This document shows, piece by piece, positions 1-21,771 of a stretch of DNA of 64,000 nt; the first letter of the stretch is position 1, and the number at the start of each line of letters is the position of its first letter. The notes beneath the pieces were generated by a model. That model ran no database searches, was not told the origin of the DNA, and saw nothing but the letters and a program-made list of their open reading frames with translations. Source of the DNA: Blastocystis sp. Blastoise (taxonomy: Eukaryota > Protista > Bigyra: Opalinata); the NCBI GenBank assembly GCA_039096225.1, contig JBBPEB010000032.1, positions 124,001-188,000 on the forward strand. The letters run 5' to 3'. A program made the position numbers and the translations under genes.

Positions 1-98
1 TTTCATGATTATTTTTCATATGAATTCTTCTTTCTGTTTCTAGACTTTTTTTATAAATTGTATTCATTTTCTTTGGAAACATTATATAAAATCTAGAT

Positions 99-1029
99 AT
101 GTCTAAATACGATCAACGTACTACTACCTTCTCTCCTGAAGGTCGTCTTTATCAAGTAGAATATGCTATGGAAGCTATTAACAACGCAGCTACTTGTGTT
201 GGTATCACAACTAAGGATGGTATTATTATCGCTGTTGAAAAGAAAATACCAAGCAAATTATTAGCTAAAACTGAAGAAAGCGAAAAGATCTATGTTTTAG
301 ATGATCATGTCATTTGTGCTGTTGCTGGTTTAACAGCTGATGCAAATATTTTACTTTCTGAAGCTAGAGAAGATGCCCAAGACTATTTATATAAATATCA
401 TCAACATAAACCTGTCGAAGAATTAGTACAAAAAATATGTACCTATAAACATTCTTATACTCAAGTTGGTGGTCTTAGACCATTTGGTGTCTCTTTCTTA
501 TTTGCTGGATGGGATAAACAATACGGATATCAACTTTATAACAGTGATCCTTCTGGTAATTATTTTGGTTGGAAAGCTCATGTCATTGGCGCAAATAATA
601 CAGTATGTATCATTGTCATTTCTTTATGAATCTAATTAATTATATACATATTATTTACTTTTTTATATCTATATTTATTTTTAGATTTTATTTATTTATA
701 TCGATATATATATATGTATATATAGATTGCTAAAGATTTATTAAAGAAAGAATACAAAGAAGATTGTAATCTCGATGAAGGTTTACAATTAGCTACTCGT
801 GTATTATATAAATGTATGGATGCAAATGAATTAAATAGCGATAAAATGGAATTTGCTTCTTTAAGATTGTATATATAAAAATATGTTATTTTTGTATTCG
901 TTTTCATATTTTTATATTTCTTTATATATATATAGAGTAAATAACAAGGTTAAATATCATTTATTCACTACAGAAGAAACAAATGAATTCTTCAAAACTA
1001 TTCCTGCTAATCTTTTAAATAAAGAATAA
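99..1029 (+). CDS. PSMA4: 20S proteasome subunit alpha type-4 (alpha3/Pre9); exons 99-602, 726-868, 936-1029
   Basis: YDQRTTTFSPEGRLYQVEYAMEAI alpha signature; GGLRPFGVSFLFAGWD and SDPSGNYFGWKA; two GT-AG introns restore the frame to TAA at 1027-1029. Confidence 0.95.
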
Positions 1030-1324
1030 TAAATATTTTGCTTATTTTAAATTTTTTTAATATTTCTTTTCAACATATTATTTTTCGATATTTGTTTTGT
1101 TTTTTTTTTAATTTTTAACATAAATATATATATTCTCTATTATTTTTTTTATGAAAACAATGAATCATAATCATCAATAGTAATATTATTTATAGGAAAA
1201 AGATATATATATATATAAGAAAAGCTCTACAAAGTTCTTCAGTAAATCCCAATAAATATTAATATAAATACATTAAATATGAAAGATATAGATAAAACAT
1301 ATAATATTAAAAAAGAAAAAAAAG

Positions 1325-2643
1325 TTATAATTTTGGTTCATCAACATGTTGATTTATAATAGTTTGAAGACGTCGTTGTAAATCACCTTGAGGACTATAT
1401 ATATATATAGAGTATTTAGAAAGATTATTATAGATGTAAATATAAATTATTGATATAAAAAGATAGTTATATATAAGATAGATAATAATAATAGATATAA
1501 TCAAAAGATAATATAAAATAGATAATAATAATATAAACAAAAGATAATATATAAGAGAAATATAAACGCTACTCAATTATAGGAGAAAATGTAAAAAAAT
1601 ACTAATATATATATATATATATGAAAAAAATCTCAAATTTATATAGTAATAAAAGTATATAATATAATATATATATACGCAGTTTTCTTATAGTCTTCAA
1701 TAACTCTAGTTAATTGTATACCAATATCAAGTCGATCTCTCTCTTCTATCCATCTTTCTGCAAGACTAGGTAAGGGTTTCTCCTATATATATATATATAA
1801 TAGATAAAAATAAAGAAAATATATATGGAAATAAACTAATAATCATATTTTTTATATCATAAAGAACATATATCATATATAATTAAAAAGTTTAATAATA
1901 ATAATAATAATAATATATAACAAACATACAGGTTTTGTTTCTGTTTTACTTGTTGTTTCATTTGTATTTAAAACTGTGTTCTCCATAGAAGCTATATTAT
2001 TATCTTTAATTCCTTCTTCTGTAACAGGATTTTCTTCTTTTGGAACTGGTTTTGGAGTTAATTTACCACTTAAAATATCCATTTCTCTTAAAAACTCTTT
2101 TTCTACTTTTTGAAAAGCTTCTTTTTCAGATAAACCTTCATTCATCAATTTAATCTGCTTTTTTACAAAACGAGATGCTATCACTTGTGAAGATTGAGCA
2201 TATTGATTAGTAAAATCTTCAAAATGATAAGGATACTTTTTCATAAAAAACCTATTTATATCATATAATTTAAATATAATTATTAAAAAGTATCAACCGC
2301 TAATATAAATTATAATACAAGAAAAAATAATAATTTATGAACAATTCGATCCATAATACAAATCTTATTAAATAAAGATGCTCCTTATTAACAAAGAATA
2401 AGAATAAATTCATGAATACATACTTCATTAAACGTCTAGGTTCGACATCGAGTTCTCTAAGACTACCTTTTACTCTATACATAGTAAGAGGTGGATTTAA
2501 ACGAAGTGGATCATAAAATGCAGGCTATAAAAAATGAATTTATGTAAAATCTATAGTATATAACATACTCTTTGAGTAATGAACCCTGTCTTTAATTGAA
2601 GTTGAGTTAATCTGAAAACACCACCAATATTAGGAACCTTCAT
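1325..2643 (-). CDS. MRPS23: Probable mitochondrial ribosomal small-subunit protein mS23 (Rsm25-like), multi-exon
   Basis: Spliced product MKVPNIGGVFRLTQLQLKTGFITQR-PAFYDPLRLNPP...RRLMKFFMKKYP...ASRFVKKQIKLMNEGLSEKEAFQKVE resembles the mS23 pattern; family recognised by eye. Confidence 0.65.
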
Positions 2644-3018
2644 CTTGAATTTTTCTTTTTTTATATATATAAATATATCAAGAATAATCACAACAAAAGA
2701 GGTGTATAAAATAAAAAACAACTTTTTTGTTACTCATTTCTACTTTTGTAAATTATCAAGAATATATTGGAATTAACACTACAAAAAACAAAATAATCAA
2801 AATATATTATAAATACTAGTCAGCCCCAACAAGACATACTCTGGATTATTTTCAGTTTCTTTGATTAAAATAAAGTTATTTTCAAATTTTGAGTATAAAC
2901 AATTGATATTATCATGAATACAAATTATTTAATAAGAACTACCTATTTCTTCAATCTTATTTAGTTATTCTTTCTATTTTCATAAGTTTACATTTTAAAT
3001 CTGAAATTATAAAAGAAA

Positions 3019-6161
<3,143 letters not shown>

Positions 6162-7200
6162 TTTTATTTATATAGAATTGAATCATAACAATAATCATTG
6201 TTCTATTGTATATAATAGAACAAATTTTTTTCAATTTTTTCTTTTTAAATTGTTCTTTTATTATTTCATGCTATTTATATTAAATAATCATTATTAATAG
6301 TATTCTTATAATTATTTAAATAATTATTAACATATATATATTTTTTATTAGCACTCAACATTTCTATTAGTGTATATATATAATAATAGTAAGCTAAAAT
6401 TTATTGTATTATAAATATTCGTAATAAAACAAATAAATTCTATTGACTCATTTGATTATAAAAACATGATATTCTTTTTATTAACATGAATTACTGTTTT
6501 CAAATTCGTCATAAAAACATGAAACAAACACCATTTATAAAATTTGTACAAGTTTTTATATATATGAAAAAAAATGTCACCGATTTATTGTGATAATACA
6601 TTTAAATAAGCATTAGATAAAATATTTCATAAAAATATCCATAGTGATAATATTTATATATATATATACTAATATAAAAGTATTAATAAACTATTAAATA
6701 AATAATATCAAAAAAGAATGAATCGTTCAAAAAGATTATGTTTATATATAAATTAATTAAAAACAATGAATGCATTAATATATGTTATATTATATATGTA
6801 TAAATTTACAAAAAGTAATTATAATATAACAAAACTTGCAAAATAAGAGTTAATATAGAAACAATAATTTTAAGTACATAAATAGTATATAATAAGAGAG
6901 AATAAAAACATTACAAAATAAATATAAAAATGAAATAGGTGATATAATAAAGAATGAATATATATATATAAGTAGTAAAAAAAAGTATTTAATTATGATA
7001 TATAAATAACAATTTATATATACATAGTCACCAGAAAAGTACAAAATAGATTGTGTTCATAAAATAAAATCAAAATTTATAAGTATATATACAAAAATAA
7101 ATATATATGTATATATATAAAACAGGTATATATAAAGAACGTGAAAAAAGATAAAAAATAAAATATAGTCATAAGAATGATCACATGCTTGTGAGTATCT

Positions 7201-11683
<4,483 letters not shown>

Positions 11684-12509
11684 TCTTTTATTGTCTGTTC
11701 TCAAAAAAAGCAGCAAAGAAAAAAGAATTGAATGTGTATGAAAATGACAAGAATTTTTTACGGAAATGATGATAAGATATTCGCGGTAATCTTTATTTGT
11801 TTCCTCATTTTTTATCATTACTCGAATCTGCCGTCATTATGTTTAGTGCTGAAAGTTTTTATATATGTCTCTAGTCTATGGAGGATAAATGCAATAATAT
11901 ATAGAAGTTGGTCTAATTATCTCTTTGAAATCAAGTGATGATATATATAAGACAAGGCGACTAATCAAAACTTTTCTATGTAATTTATATATAGTCATAA
12001 GTTAGAGTGTTAGTATGTATCAAGATGATGATGAATATTATTTGAGAAAATATATTAATAGTAAATTTAGAAGACATTTTGAATAATGATGACATTTTCG
12101 AGAAGTGAGTATTATACATACTTTTTACATATAAATACTACAGTGAAAAAAATAATAAAAAAACAATAACAAGAGAATATTTTCATATAAACAATATTAA
12201 TAAAAAAAGAGAAGTGAAAGAAAAAATAACGTTTGATGAAATAATATATTATATATAAATTGAAAATGAATTCATGATGTCCATAAGGAAAATATTAATA
12301 TTGAAATAGAAATGATAAGAAAAAAGATGAAAAATAAAGAAATGAAAAAACAAATAGAAAAAGAAGGGATAAAAATGGATTACTTATTTGATAACATAAT
12401 AATAGAATAAATGAAATAAAATTATGTTAGGTTCTATAAAGAGGGTAATGAATGATGAAAAATTATATAGAAATTATAAAAGGAAAGAAAAGAAAGGGAA
12501 AATATTTAA

Positions 12510-15500
12510 TTAACATATTTTATTGTTTTTTTCAAGAGGAATAGGATGTCTATAGAAGAAGAGAATATAAAGAATAGAAATAGTTATAATAAATGTATTA
12601 TTATTATATTATATTTATTATTATTATTATATTTATTATTATTATTATACTTTATTATTATTATATATATATACCTGACAGTAGATTCTAGAATGCCTAC
12701 AGTACCATGTTCAGTACCATATACAAGGCCGTCAATTCGTGGACTCCAAATAGCAACATTCGTATCATACATCATTCGAAAACGTTCACACTATAAATAG
12801 AAGTATAATGTATAGAATATAAAACAAATAGAACACTATGTGTATTGTTTATAAATAAAATGATAATACTTATAACTCTATAATATATGAATGAAAAATA
12901 AAATGATAATACTTATAATTTTATAAATATATGAATGAAAAATAACACATAATAATTATAATTTTATAAATATATGAATAAATAAAATTATTATAATAAA
13001 ATCGATATAAAAATAAGCAAATAGATTTACCATGATTTTCCAATCAGCAATTCTATATATACGAATAAATGGTGCAGGCATAACTGTAGGACAAGATACA
13101 GTTTTACTATATATGGAGAAAATAATTATATAATATTATTATTAAAATGGTTATAAAGCAGTTATAATGATTATTATTAATATTTTCAAAGAAATAATAA
13201 TTATATCACAATAATTATAAAAATGATATTATAAATAAATACTCTTTTTGTGTTCCTAGTAATAAATAGTCATTTGAAGTACTGATAAATAATGACGGAA
13301 TAGCTATAGAATCTATAATCACAATAGTATAATATTTATAATTGTTACATATATACTTTATAAAAATTACAATATGATTATTATTATGATATAATAAGAA
13401 AATAGAACAGTTTATAATTATAATAATAAATATAAATGCTACTAATAAACTGTATTTACAATAATTCTAATATATATATATATATACCACTTAAATAATG
13501 TTCATCAAGAATAGTTCCAAAATTATGTTGTTCTAAAGAAAGAATAACAATTTTAGTTTTTGCATTTGTAGCTACTTCTTGATTATACATTATACTTTGT
13601 TGTTGATTATTATAATTTCTATTTAAAGGAGGAAGAGAATTTATGGAGGGAATAGATCCATGATGGCGGGAAGAAGCAAAAGTTGGCGGGGTCGTTGGGG
13701 GGGTCATATTCTTCCTCTTAAACATACGAGAAATATTAACTATATATAATATATATAGTAGCTAATGTATATATAAAGGAAATAATATAATAAATGTATT
13801 TATTATATATATATATAATAATCCTATAATATACAAAACTCAAGAAATGTTTTTTTTCTATTACCATTTTCTGCATCCAATTCATTATTATTATTGTTAT
13901 TGTTGTTGTCATTATTGTCATTATTATTATTATTGTTGTCATTATTATTATTATTATTATTATTATTTGATGGTTTTCTAGAGTTTATTGTTTTTGAAGC
14001 ATAATTAACGGAGTTATTAAGAGAATAAGAGGGAGGAGTGACATTAACCGATATTCGAGAAGATACACCAGTAGTAGTAGTAGCAGCAGTAGCAGAAGGA
14101 GGGGTAATAATAGGAGTAGAAAAAGAATTAATATTTGGAGGAGGAGGAAGGTTAAAAGGAGGAGTATTATTATTATCATTATCATTTCCATTATTATTAA
14201 CCAAATTATTATTATTATTCTTATTAATCAAATTATTATTATTATTATTATTATTATTAATAGTTGGAGGAGGTGTGACAGGAGAGACTGTAGGTGTTAA
14301 TACACGAGGTGTCATTGACATAGATATAGTAGAAGAAGAAGTAGAAGAAGAATACTGTCTCGTACTTCCAGCTCCAGGAGAACGCGGGCGTATACTATTG
14401 GAATTCGTGGAATTAATGATATGATTGGATGTAATGGAAGGAGTAGGAGTAATAGAATTCCTATAAATGTAGCCAGTTTGAGGGGTCGCTGCTGTATAGA
14501 GAATGGGTGTTTGTGCATCGACAGAAGAAGAAGGAGTAGCATCGCTATATATATAGATATATATTAGTACTAATATATATAAGAATATAGTGAATAAGTA
14601 TATATTTAATAATAACAATATAGTGAATAATAATATGTATAAGAATAAAAGATATAAGAAAATATACTGTAATAATAATAATAACATAGAGAATAAAAAG
14701 AAATAATAGAAGAATAAAAATACTATATATATATAAATATATACACGATGAAGATAACTTTGGTTGAATCATTTGAGATTGCAATCCCTCTGTCGTTAAA
14801 TAATTTACAGTTCGTCATTAACAGCTGCATATCGGAAAGAGTCATATTCTTGATATCCTGTATATATATATATATATTATAAATAATATAGTACAAACAA
14901 TTGTAAATATATATATACAATAGAAAAGCTATGTAATGATAATTTAATATGAGATGTCTGAACTGGAGATTTTTGAAGACCTATATATATAATATATAAC
15001 ATATACTATATAATAAATAATATATATATATACAACATAGTATTTTAGTTCCATTAGCATATAAAGAAGTGAATCGAATGACATAGGGAACAAATTTAGC
15101 AATCATGACGGGTGTAGACGACTTCTATATAGATAGATATAGATATAGATATAGATATAGATATAGATATAGATATATAGAGATAGATATAGATATAGAT
15201 ATAGAGATAGATATAGATATAGATATAGATATAGAGATAGATAGAGATAGACAGAGATAGATAGAGATAGATATGGAAATAGAAATAGAAATAGGAAGAG
15301 ATAGAGATAAAAATAGAGGAAGATATAGAGATATAAATAGAGATATAAAATAGAGATATAAATAAATATATTTATAGATATTTATAGATAGAGAAAAAGA
15401 TATAGAGATAAATATTTTTTGATAGATATAGATATAGAGATAGATATTTATAAATAGATACAGACAGAGAAAGAAGAAAAAGATAAATAATTAAACAAGA

Positions 15501-16621
15501 ATAGATATATAAAAAGATAGAGAAAGACATTTATAAAAAAGAAAATGTGAAAAAAAAATAAACAATAATAACATATTGTTATAGAAATGTTAAATAATTT
15601 TATTATAATAATAGAACTACATAAATATGGTACAAAGAAATATATATATATATATATATATTTACTTTGTACCACCAGGCAAATAAATAGCAATTACATG
15701 ATATTAATACACATTCTTCACTATATATATAAACATCAGCAACTATAATAGATAAGTAAGCAATATATATTTTATAGATATTTCAACAAATATCAACAAT
15801 ATTAAAATCCATAAATAGTTCATCACAACAATAATATAATATAATATATATATATATACGTAGGATGAAATTCAACACAAACAACAGGTTTTTCTCTATC
15901 TGCAGTTGTTCTATATAATATTTTACCTTTTTTCCAATTCCATATAATAACACTGGAAGTTAAATCGCCAGATACCAAAATATCAGGATCCGTTTTTGAA
16001 AACTTTACGCACCAGGGAGTTCGCACGTGACCTGTTAACACCTAAAATTGCATACATAACATTATATATTCATAATATTTTTTTATATATATTTTTTCAT
16101 AATTTAAACAATATTCAATAATTATAAAATTTAAATAATACAAACATATATACTCGATGTATAGTTCCATCTGGAAAACTGATTATTCGAATTGTATGAT
16201 CTCCATGTGACGAAGCAAACCAACGACTATAATTATGAAATAAAAATATATAGCAGAATAATTAAATTGTCCATAACAAGTAATGTACATACCCATCAGG
16301 AGAGAAATCGATAGCAATTGTTGTTCGAACAAATTGTGGTTGACTAAATTTGACTTGCCTTTCTGTAAACTATATATAAAATATATAAATCAAAATGTAA
16401 TAAATGAAAGCATACTTCTTGAACACAACGACTTTCACAAAAACTTTGAATATACTCTTTCTCGTTTGGAAACGATACATTTTCTTTAGATAGCATAGAT
16501 CAATGATAAAAGAATCATACTGTATTTCCTATTAAATAATAGTTTGGTAATACTCGTGGCTGCCCTAAAAACAGTGATATATTACTTCTCTATTAAATGT
16601 GTACTGTTCTCTATGATACAT
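12510..16621 (-). CDS. AMBRA1: AMBRA1-like split WD40 protein with a long Ser/Thr/Pro/Asn-rich insert
   Basis: SPDGRWFASSHGDHTIRI...LTGHVRTPWCVKFS...LVSGDLTSSVIIWNW and C-terminal NVAIWSPRIDGLVYGTEHG match the AMBRA1/DCAF3 layout; start inferred through two short 5' introns. Confidence 0.75.
15126..15445. repeat. Intronic (ATAGAT)n/(AGAGAT)n degenerate hexamer array
   Basis: Seen directly. Confidence 0.85.
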
Positions 16622-17204
16622 ATTCAATATGACTTGAATAAAATGTGAAGAAGAACGAAAGATCCGCTGAAAACAATCAAATATTAAAAAAATTATAAAC
16701 TGAGAAAGATTTAAAAAACACGTTGATTCTGTGGAATTCCCATAATTTTGTTTTATTCTTGCTTTGTAGTTTTTCGTGTTTGAATACCTTTTACAATAAA
16801 CAATAGCAGACATAAAGAACATATTCATATAGGGAACACTTGCTTTGTTCATAATCTTTCAGATTATCTTAGATCTACGTCATTTGTTGTCAAATGTTAA
16901 AGATATGATTATGATAAATGAAATACGTTAATAATAAAATGTTTCCAATATGGGCTACATTCATGAAAACAGTTTCGGAACATTTAATATATCTGTTTTT
17001 TATTAAATAAACACAATTGTCTTCAAGTTATGTTATACTATTTCATTATAAAAAGAAATATTTTCTTTGTTGCATAAAAATCGAAAATAAAATAAAATAA
17101 ACGCATCAATAACTTAAAATACCCCATAAAACAATTAATAAATTGAATAAATAGTAAAAAAAAAAACATAAAATTTGATAATTCAAATATAATGATTATA
17201 AATA

Positions 17205-20200
17205 TTACTCTCTTGGTTCACTAGCTCTTATATATATACGGATTGGAATACCATTATATCCAAATTCCTGACGAAGGCCTGTTTCCAAATAACTATATAT
17301 ATAGTTAAAAATTGAAGTACATAAAATATGTATAGTTTTATATGTGTATTTATTATATATATATGTAAATATACCGAATATAAGTGTCACTAACAGAGTT
17401 TCTATTACTAAAAACCACAAATGTTGGAGGTCTTGTCTTGATTTGAGTTATATACCTATAGAATTATATATATATAAATAATATTTGTTATATAATAAAA
17501 TGATATATAATTCTAATTCTTAATAATTTAAAATATAATACTATTTTTCTTATATGTATATATATACTTTAATTTAACTTCTCTCCCGTTATCTCTTGGA
17601 GGTGTTTGTCGTTGAACAGCATCCCTTAGCCATCTATTCAGGATTCCCGTGGAAATACGGGTTCTCCATTTCATAAATTGATCTATAGAGACATCAAAGA
17701 AACTATCTATTCCGACTCCTGTTAATCCTGATAATAATAATGTAGGAGAACGACCGATCTATATATATATATATATATATATATTAATTATTATTAATAA
17801 TAAATGTAATCATAAATATAATAAAATAATAATAGTTGTTTTCCTAATAAATATAATAATAAATATATATTATATAATTAACAAATATTATTTTTAAAAA
17901 ATGCTAAAAAAGCGAATGAATATACTAATAAAAATTTGAATTTACATATAAATATATTTAATAGTATACTATAAGAATATACTTGAGGTAAAAACTTATA
18001 TATATATTGAATAAGTGCCTTCTTAACAGCCGAAGGGTCTGAAAATAAGTCAGCCTTGTTTAAGCAAACAAATAATGCTTTGCCTTCATCTATAGCCTAT
18101 AATATTATATATATAAGTAAAATAAGCAAAGTATAATATATATAATAGTATACATGTATTTATAGTAAAACATAAAATATAGAAAAATAAATAAATATAT
18201 AATTCATCAAAGTATATATATTTATATGATTGTATCCAATAGATAATAATAATATAGTATATATATATACTTTATTTGCGAAAGTAAGTTCTTCTCTAGT
18301 CAGTTGTTTCTCTCCATCTAATAATAAGCACACTACATTACTTAACGAGATAGATTTATAGGTATTCCAAATAGATAATGAATTAGCTGTCTTTTCACCA
18401 TGATAAGCATTCTTCTGAATACCTATATATATAAGTAATATAAATAATAATAATAATTTATATATATATATACCTGCTGTATCTACTAATTTTATATTTC
18501 TACCTTTATATTGAATATGTTCAATAACACTATCTCTTGTCAATCCTATATATAATATGTTATTAATTATATATAGTATACAATTAATATTATATATTAT
18601 ATAATATATAATATATAATATGTATAAGAAGACCATAGTTATATATATAAATACCAGGTAGTTCTCCTGTAATAAAACGTTCTTTTCCAATTAATTTATT
18701 TAGAAGCGTCGACTTCCCGCTATTTGGACGTCCAATAATACATAAAGAAAGTTCCTCGTCATCCTATGTATATATATATATAAGGATAATGAAGATACTC
18801 TTATAAATATATAATATATAATACTATATATATAAAAGATAAAAGAAAAAAATACTGATTCTATTTTAATAAATATATATTTATTTAATGATTAATTATT
18901 AGAAAACAATAAATATTATATAATAATAGATAAGATATATGTTTATATATACAAGACATGGCTTTCTAGTTAATATATCTATTGATTTATATCCTTGTTG
19001 AGTATATATATCATTTGACGAAAGACTTACTTCGTCATCGACTGGATTCATATTTATCTCCTTTTCAGCCTGTTTCAGAACCTCCTCAAGGGATTTATCC
19101 GTTTCATTATTCTATAGAATATATATATATATATAGAATTTGAATTATTTATTAAAGTGAATTATAATAATAATAAAATAAACTTTGTATATAAAATATT
19201 TATATACAATTAGTTTTGTTTCTTGGGATAAAATATCAAAAATATCTAACATTCCTTCACCTATATATAATATAGAATATATATAGAATTCCTTAGAATA
19301 TACCATGTTCCGCAGAAATGCCAATAGGAGCACCAAAACCAAGGGAATAGACGTCTTTTAAGATATATTCAAAATTAGAAGAATTTACAATATAATTGCC
19401 TTCGCACTATATATATATATATTAGATAAGAAAATAGTATAATTCTTGTATAGGATAAGAGAAATAGAATCGTAATATTAGAATAAGTATATATACTTAT
19501 AAAGTACAATAAAAAAAATGTACAAATAATTATAGAATTATGTATATATATATACTTTATTCAAAACAACTTGAACTTTGAAATTATTATGTTTCATCGA
19601 AGATCTCAGCCATCTGAAGAAATAAGAACAGAAATAAGATCAAATAATATTCAATATATATAAGTATATACAAACAAAAATATATATAAGTTGCAATAAA
19701 AACTATTTAAATAGTAAATACAAAAAGTCATAAACCATTATATATATATATTTTACCTTGCAATATCTTTATCCTGTGGAGTAACTCCTTCTCGAATATC
19801 CAATAAGAATAGAATTATATTACTTTCAAGTAACGCTTGCGAAGTCTGGAAATTAATTGCAGATTCAATACTATAGAGTATAATAAGTATAATAATAAAT
19901 ATAGGAAGAAGAATAATAAGGATAAAAATAAGTATAATGATAGCATAATAGTAGTACTAAACATAATATTAAACATAATAAACATAATATTAAACATAAT
20001 AAACTAATAATAAACATAATAAACACAACAATAAACATAATAATAAATAGTATAAACATTATAATAAACATTATAAACATAATAAATATAATAATATATT
20101 ATGAATATTATAAACCTAATAATATATACGATCCTTCTTTAGGTTGCATCCACACACCACCTGTATCTATTAAATGAAATTCTAAGCCAGATATACGTCC

Positions 20201-20723
20201 CTATAAAAATATATTTATGAAAATAGAATAGACAGAATTTTAAAAAATAAAAAAGACGAAAAAACATACTTCACCTTCTCTTCTATCTCGTGTTGTATTC
20301 ATTTCTTTACATACAATAGCATCACGACTTTGTGATAATCTATTGAAAAGAGCTGATTTACCCACATTAGTACGACCAACAAGACAAACAGTTAATTTGT
20401 TAGACAAATTATTGATTGAATCATTATTCTTTTTATTCTTATGAACTCTACATTTTATATAAAGAAAAATTAAATATATGTACATACTCAACTATTTTAT
20501 ATTTATCCAAATCACTAGAATACATTCTGAAAAACGCATTTGTTTGCATAAAAGGCAACATTCTCAATGTTTGCAATGTTCTCACACCTTTTTCTGCAAT
20601 CATAGATTTGTTAATCGAATAACCCAATTGACGTGAGAACACATTTCGACAAATAGAAGGTGCTCCTCTACTTGACATCACTTTCCTAGCACCTTTTATA
20701 TATAATCTACTTGCAATATTCAT
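17205..20723 (-). CDS. der: Organelle-targeted ribosome biogenesis double GTPase EngA/Der
   Basis: Two G domains ([14 protein letters not shown]...TTRD...DTGG...NKCE and [14 protein letters not shown]...GLTRD...DTAG...NKAD); KH-like C-terminus [13 protein letters not shown]...[13 protein letters not shown]; Arg/Ser-rich, acid-poor N-terminal extension resembling a mitochondrial presequence. Confidence 0.93.
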
Positions 20724-21771
20724 CAATAATGTATTTAACTAAGAAATAAAACAACAAACATAAAAAATAAAACAATTTGGTATTTTCCATTTTATTTTTA
20801 AATTAACAAATTTTTATTTATAGAACGCTTTAAAATTACTTTTTAAATATCTTTTATATTTAGTATATTACGAAATTAATAATAACTATTGTTTTTTACA
20901 AATACTAACAATAATATATAAATTATGTGGATTCAATTAGCTACATTTTCATAATATTATTCAAAATATGCATGATAGAGACTATAAGTAAGATAAAACA
21001 AAACTAACTATTGATTCTTGTGCTTTCGTATCACATTCCATTTCATGATGTAAAAAGAACTCTTTGAAAAACATTATCGACAAATATACAATATCCTTGA
21101 TAGCATAAATAAAGCATATCCAGTAAAATAGGGCACCGTCGACAAACAATTTTAAAAATACATAATCATAAATATTGATTATAATATCTTCACAAAATAA
21201 AAAAAAAGTATTGTGATTAATTTACAGTATCAAAAAAGTCATTCTTCACTGATAATCTTGAATGAGTCCATTTTATTCGTACACATTTAATATATCAACC
21301 ACAATAACCTATTCAAATACTAGTTTGCTTTTAAATGTCCTTTTAATCATATAAGAATAAAAAGTTATTGATTGACTTAAAGTTTTATTTGGTTCTTATA
21401 ATAAATAGAGTCACTTTAGTATATGAACATCATTTTCTGACATATTCTATATCATCAGTATATATATGTGAAGAAAGTTGTAAAAAAAGATGACATGCTC
21501 ATCAATTTGTTCATAAGGAAAACGAGTATATTTCTGTCCTTTCATTTTTTTACCGTCTTCTTGACGCTTCTTTTGAAGAAGATGCAAAACCTGGATGATT
21601 GGTGTTCCGTTATGACGAAACGGCCATCATTATCAGAGAAACAAATACAATTCTATTGTTTCTAACCATTCATTGAGTTTCCCTGAAAAAAACAACTTGG
21701 ACTACATTGCTTTTTGGAATGATAAAAATATTATTCTATATATATATATTTTTATACATATGACACTTGTT

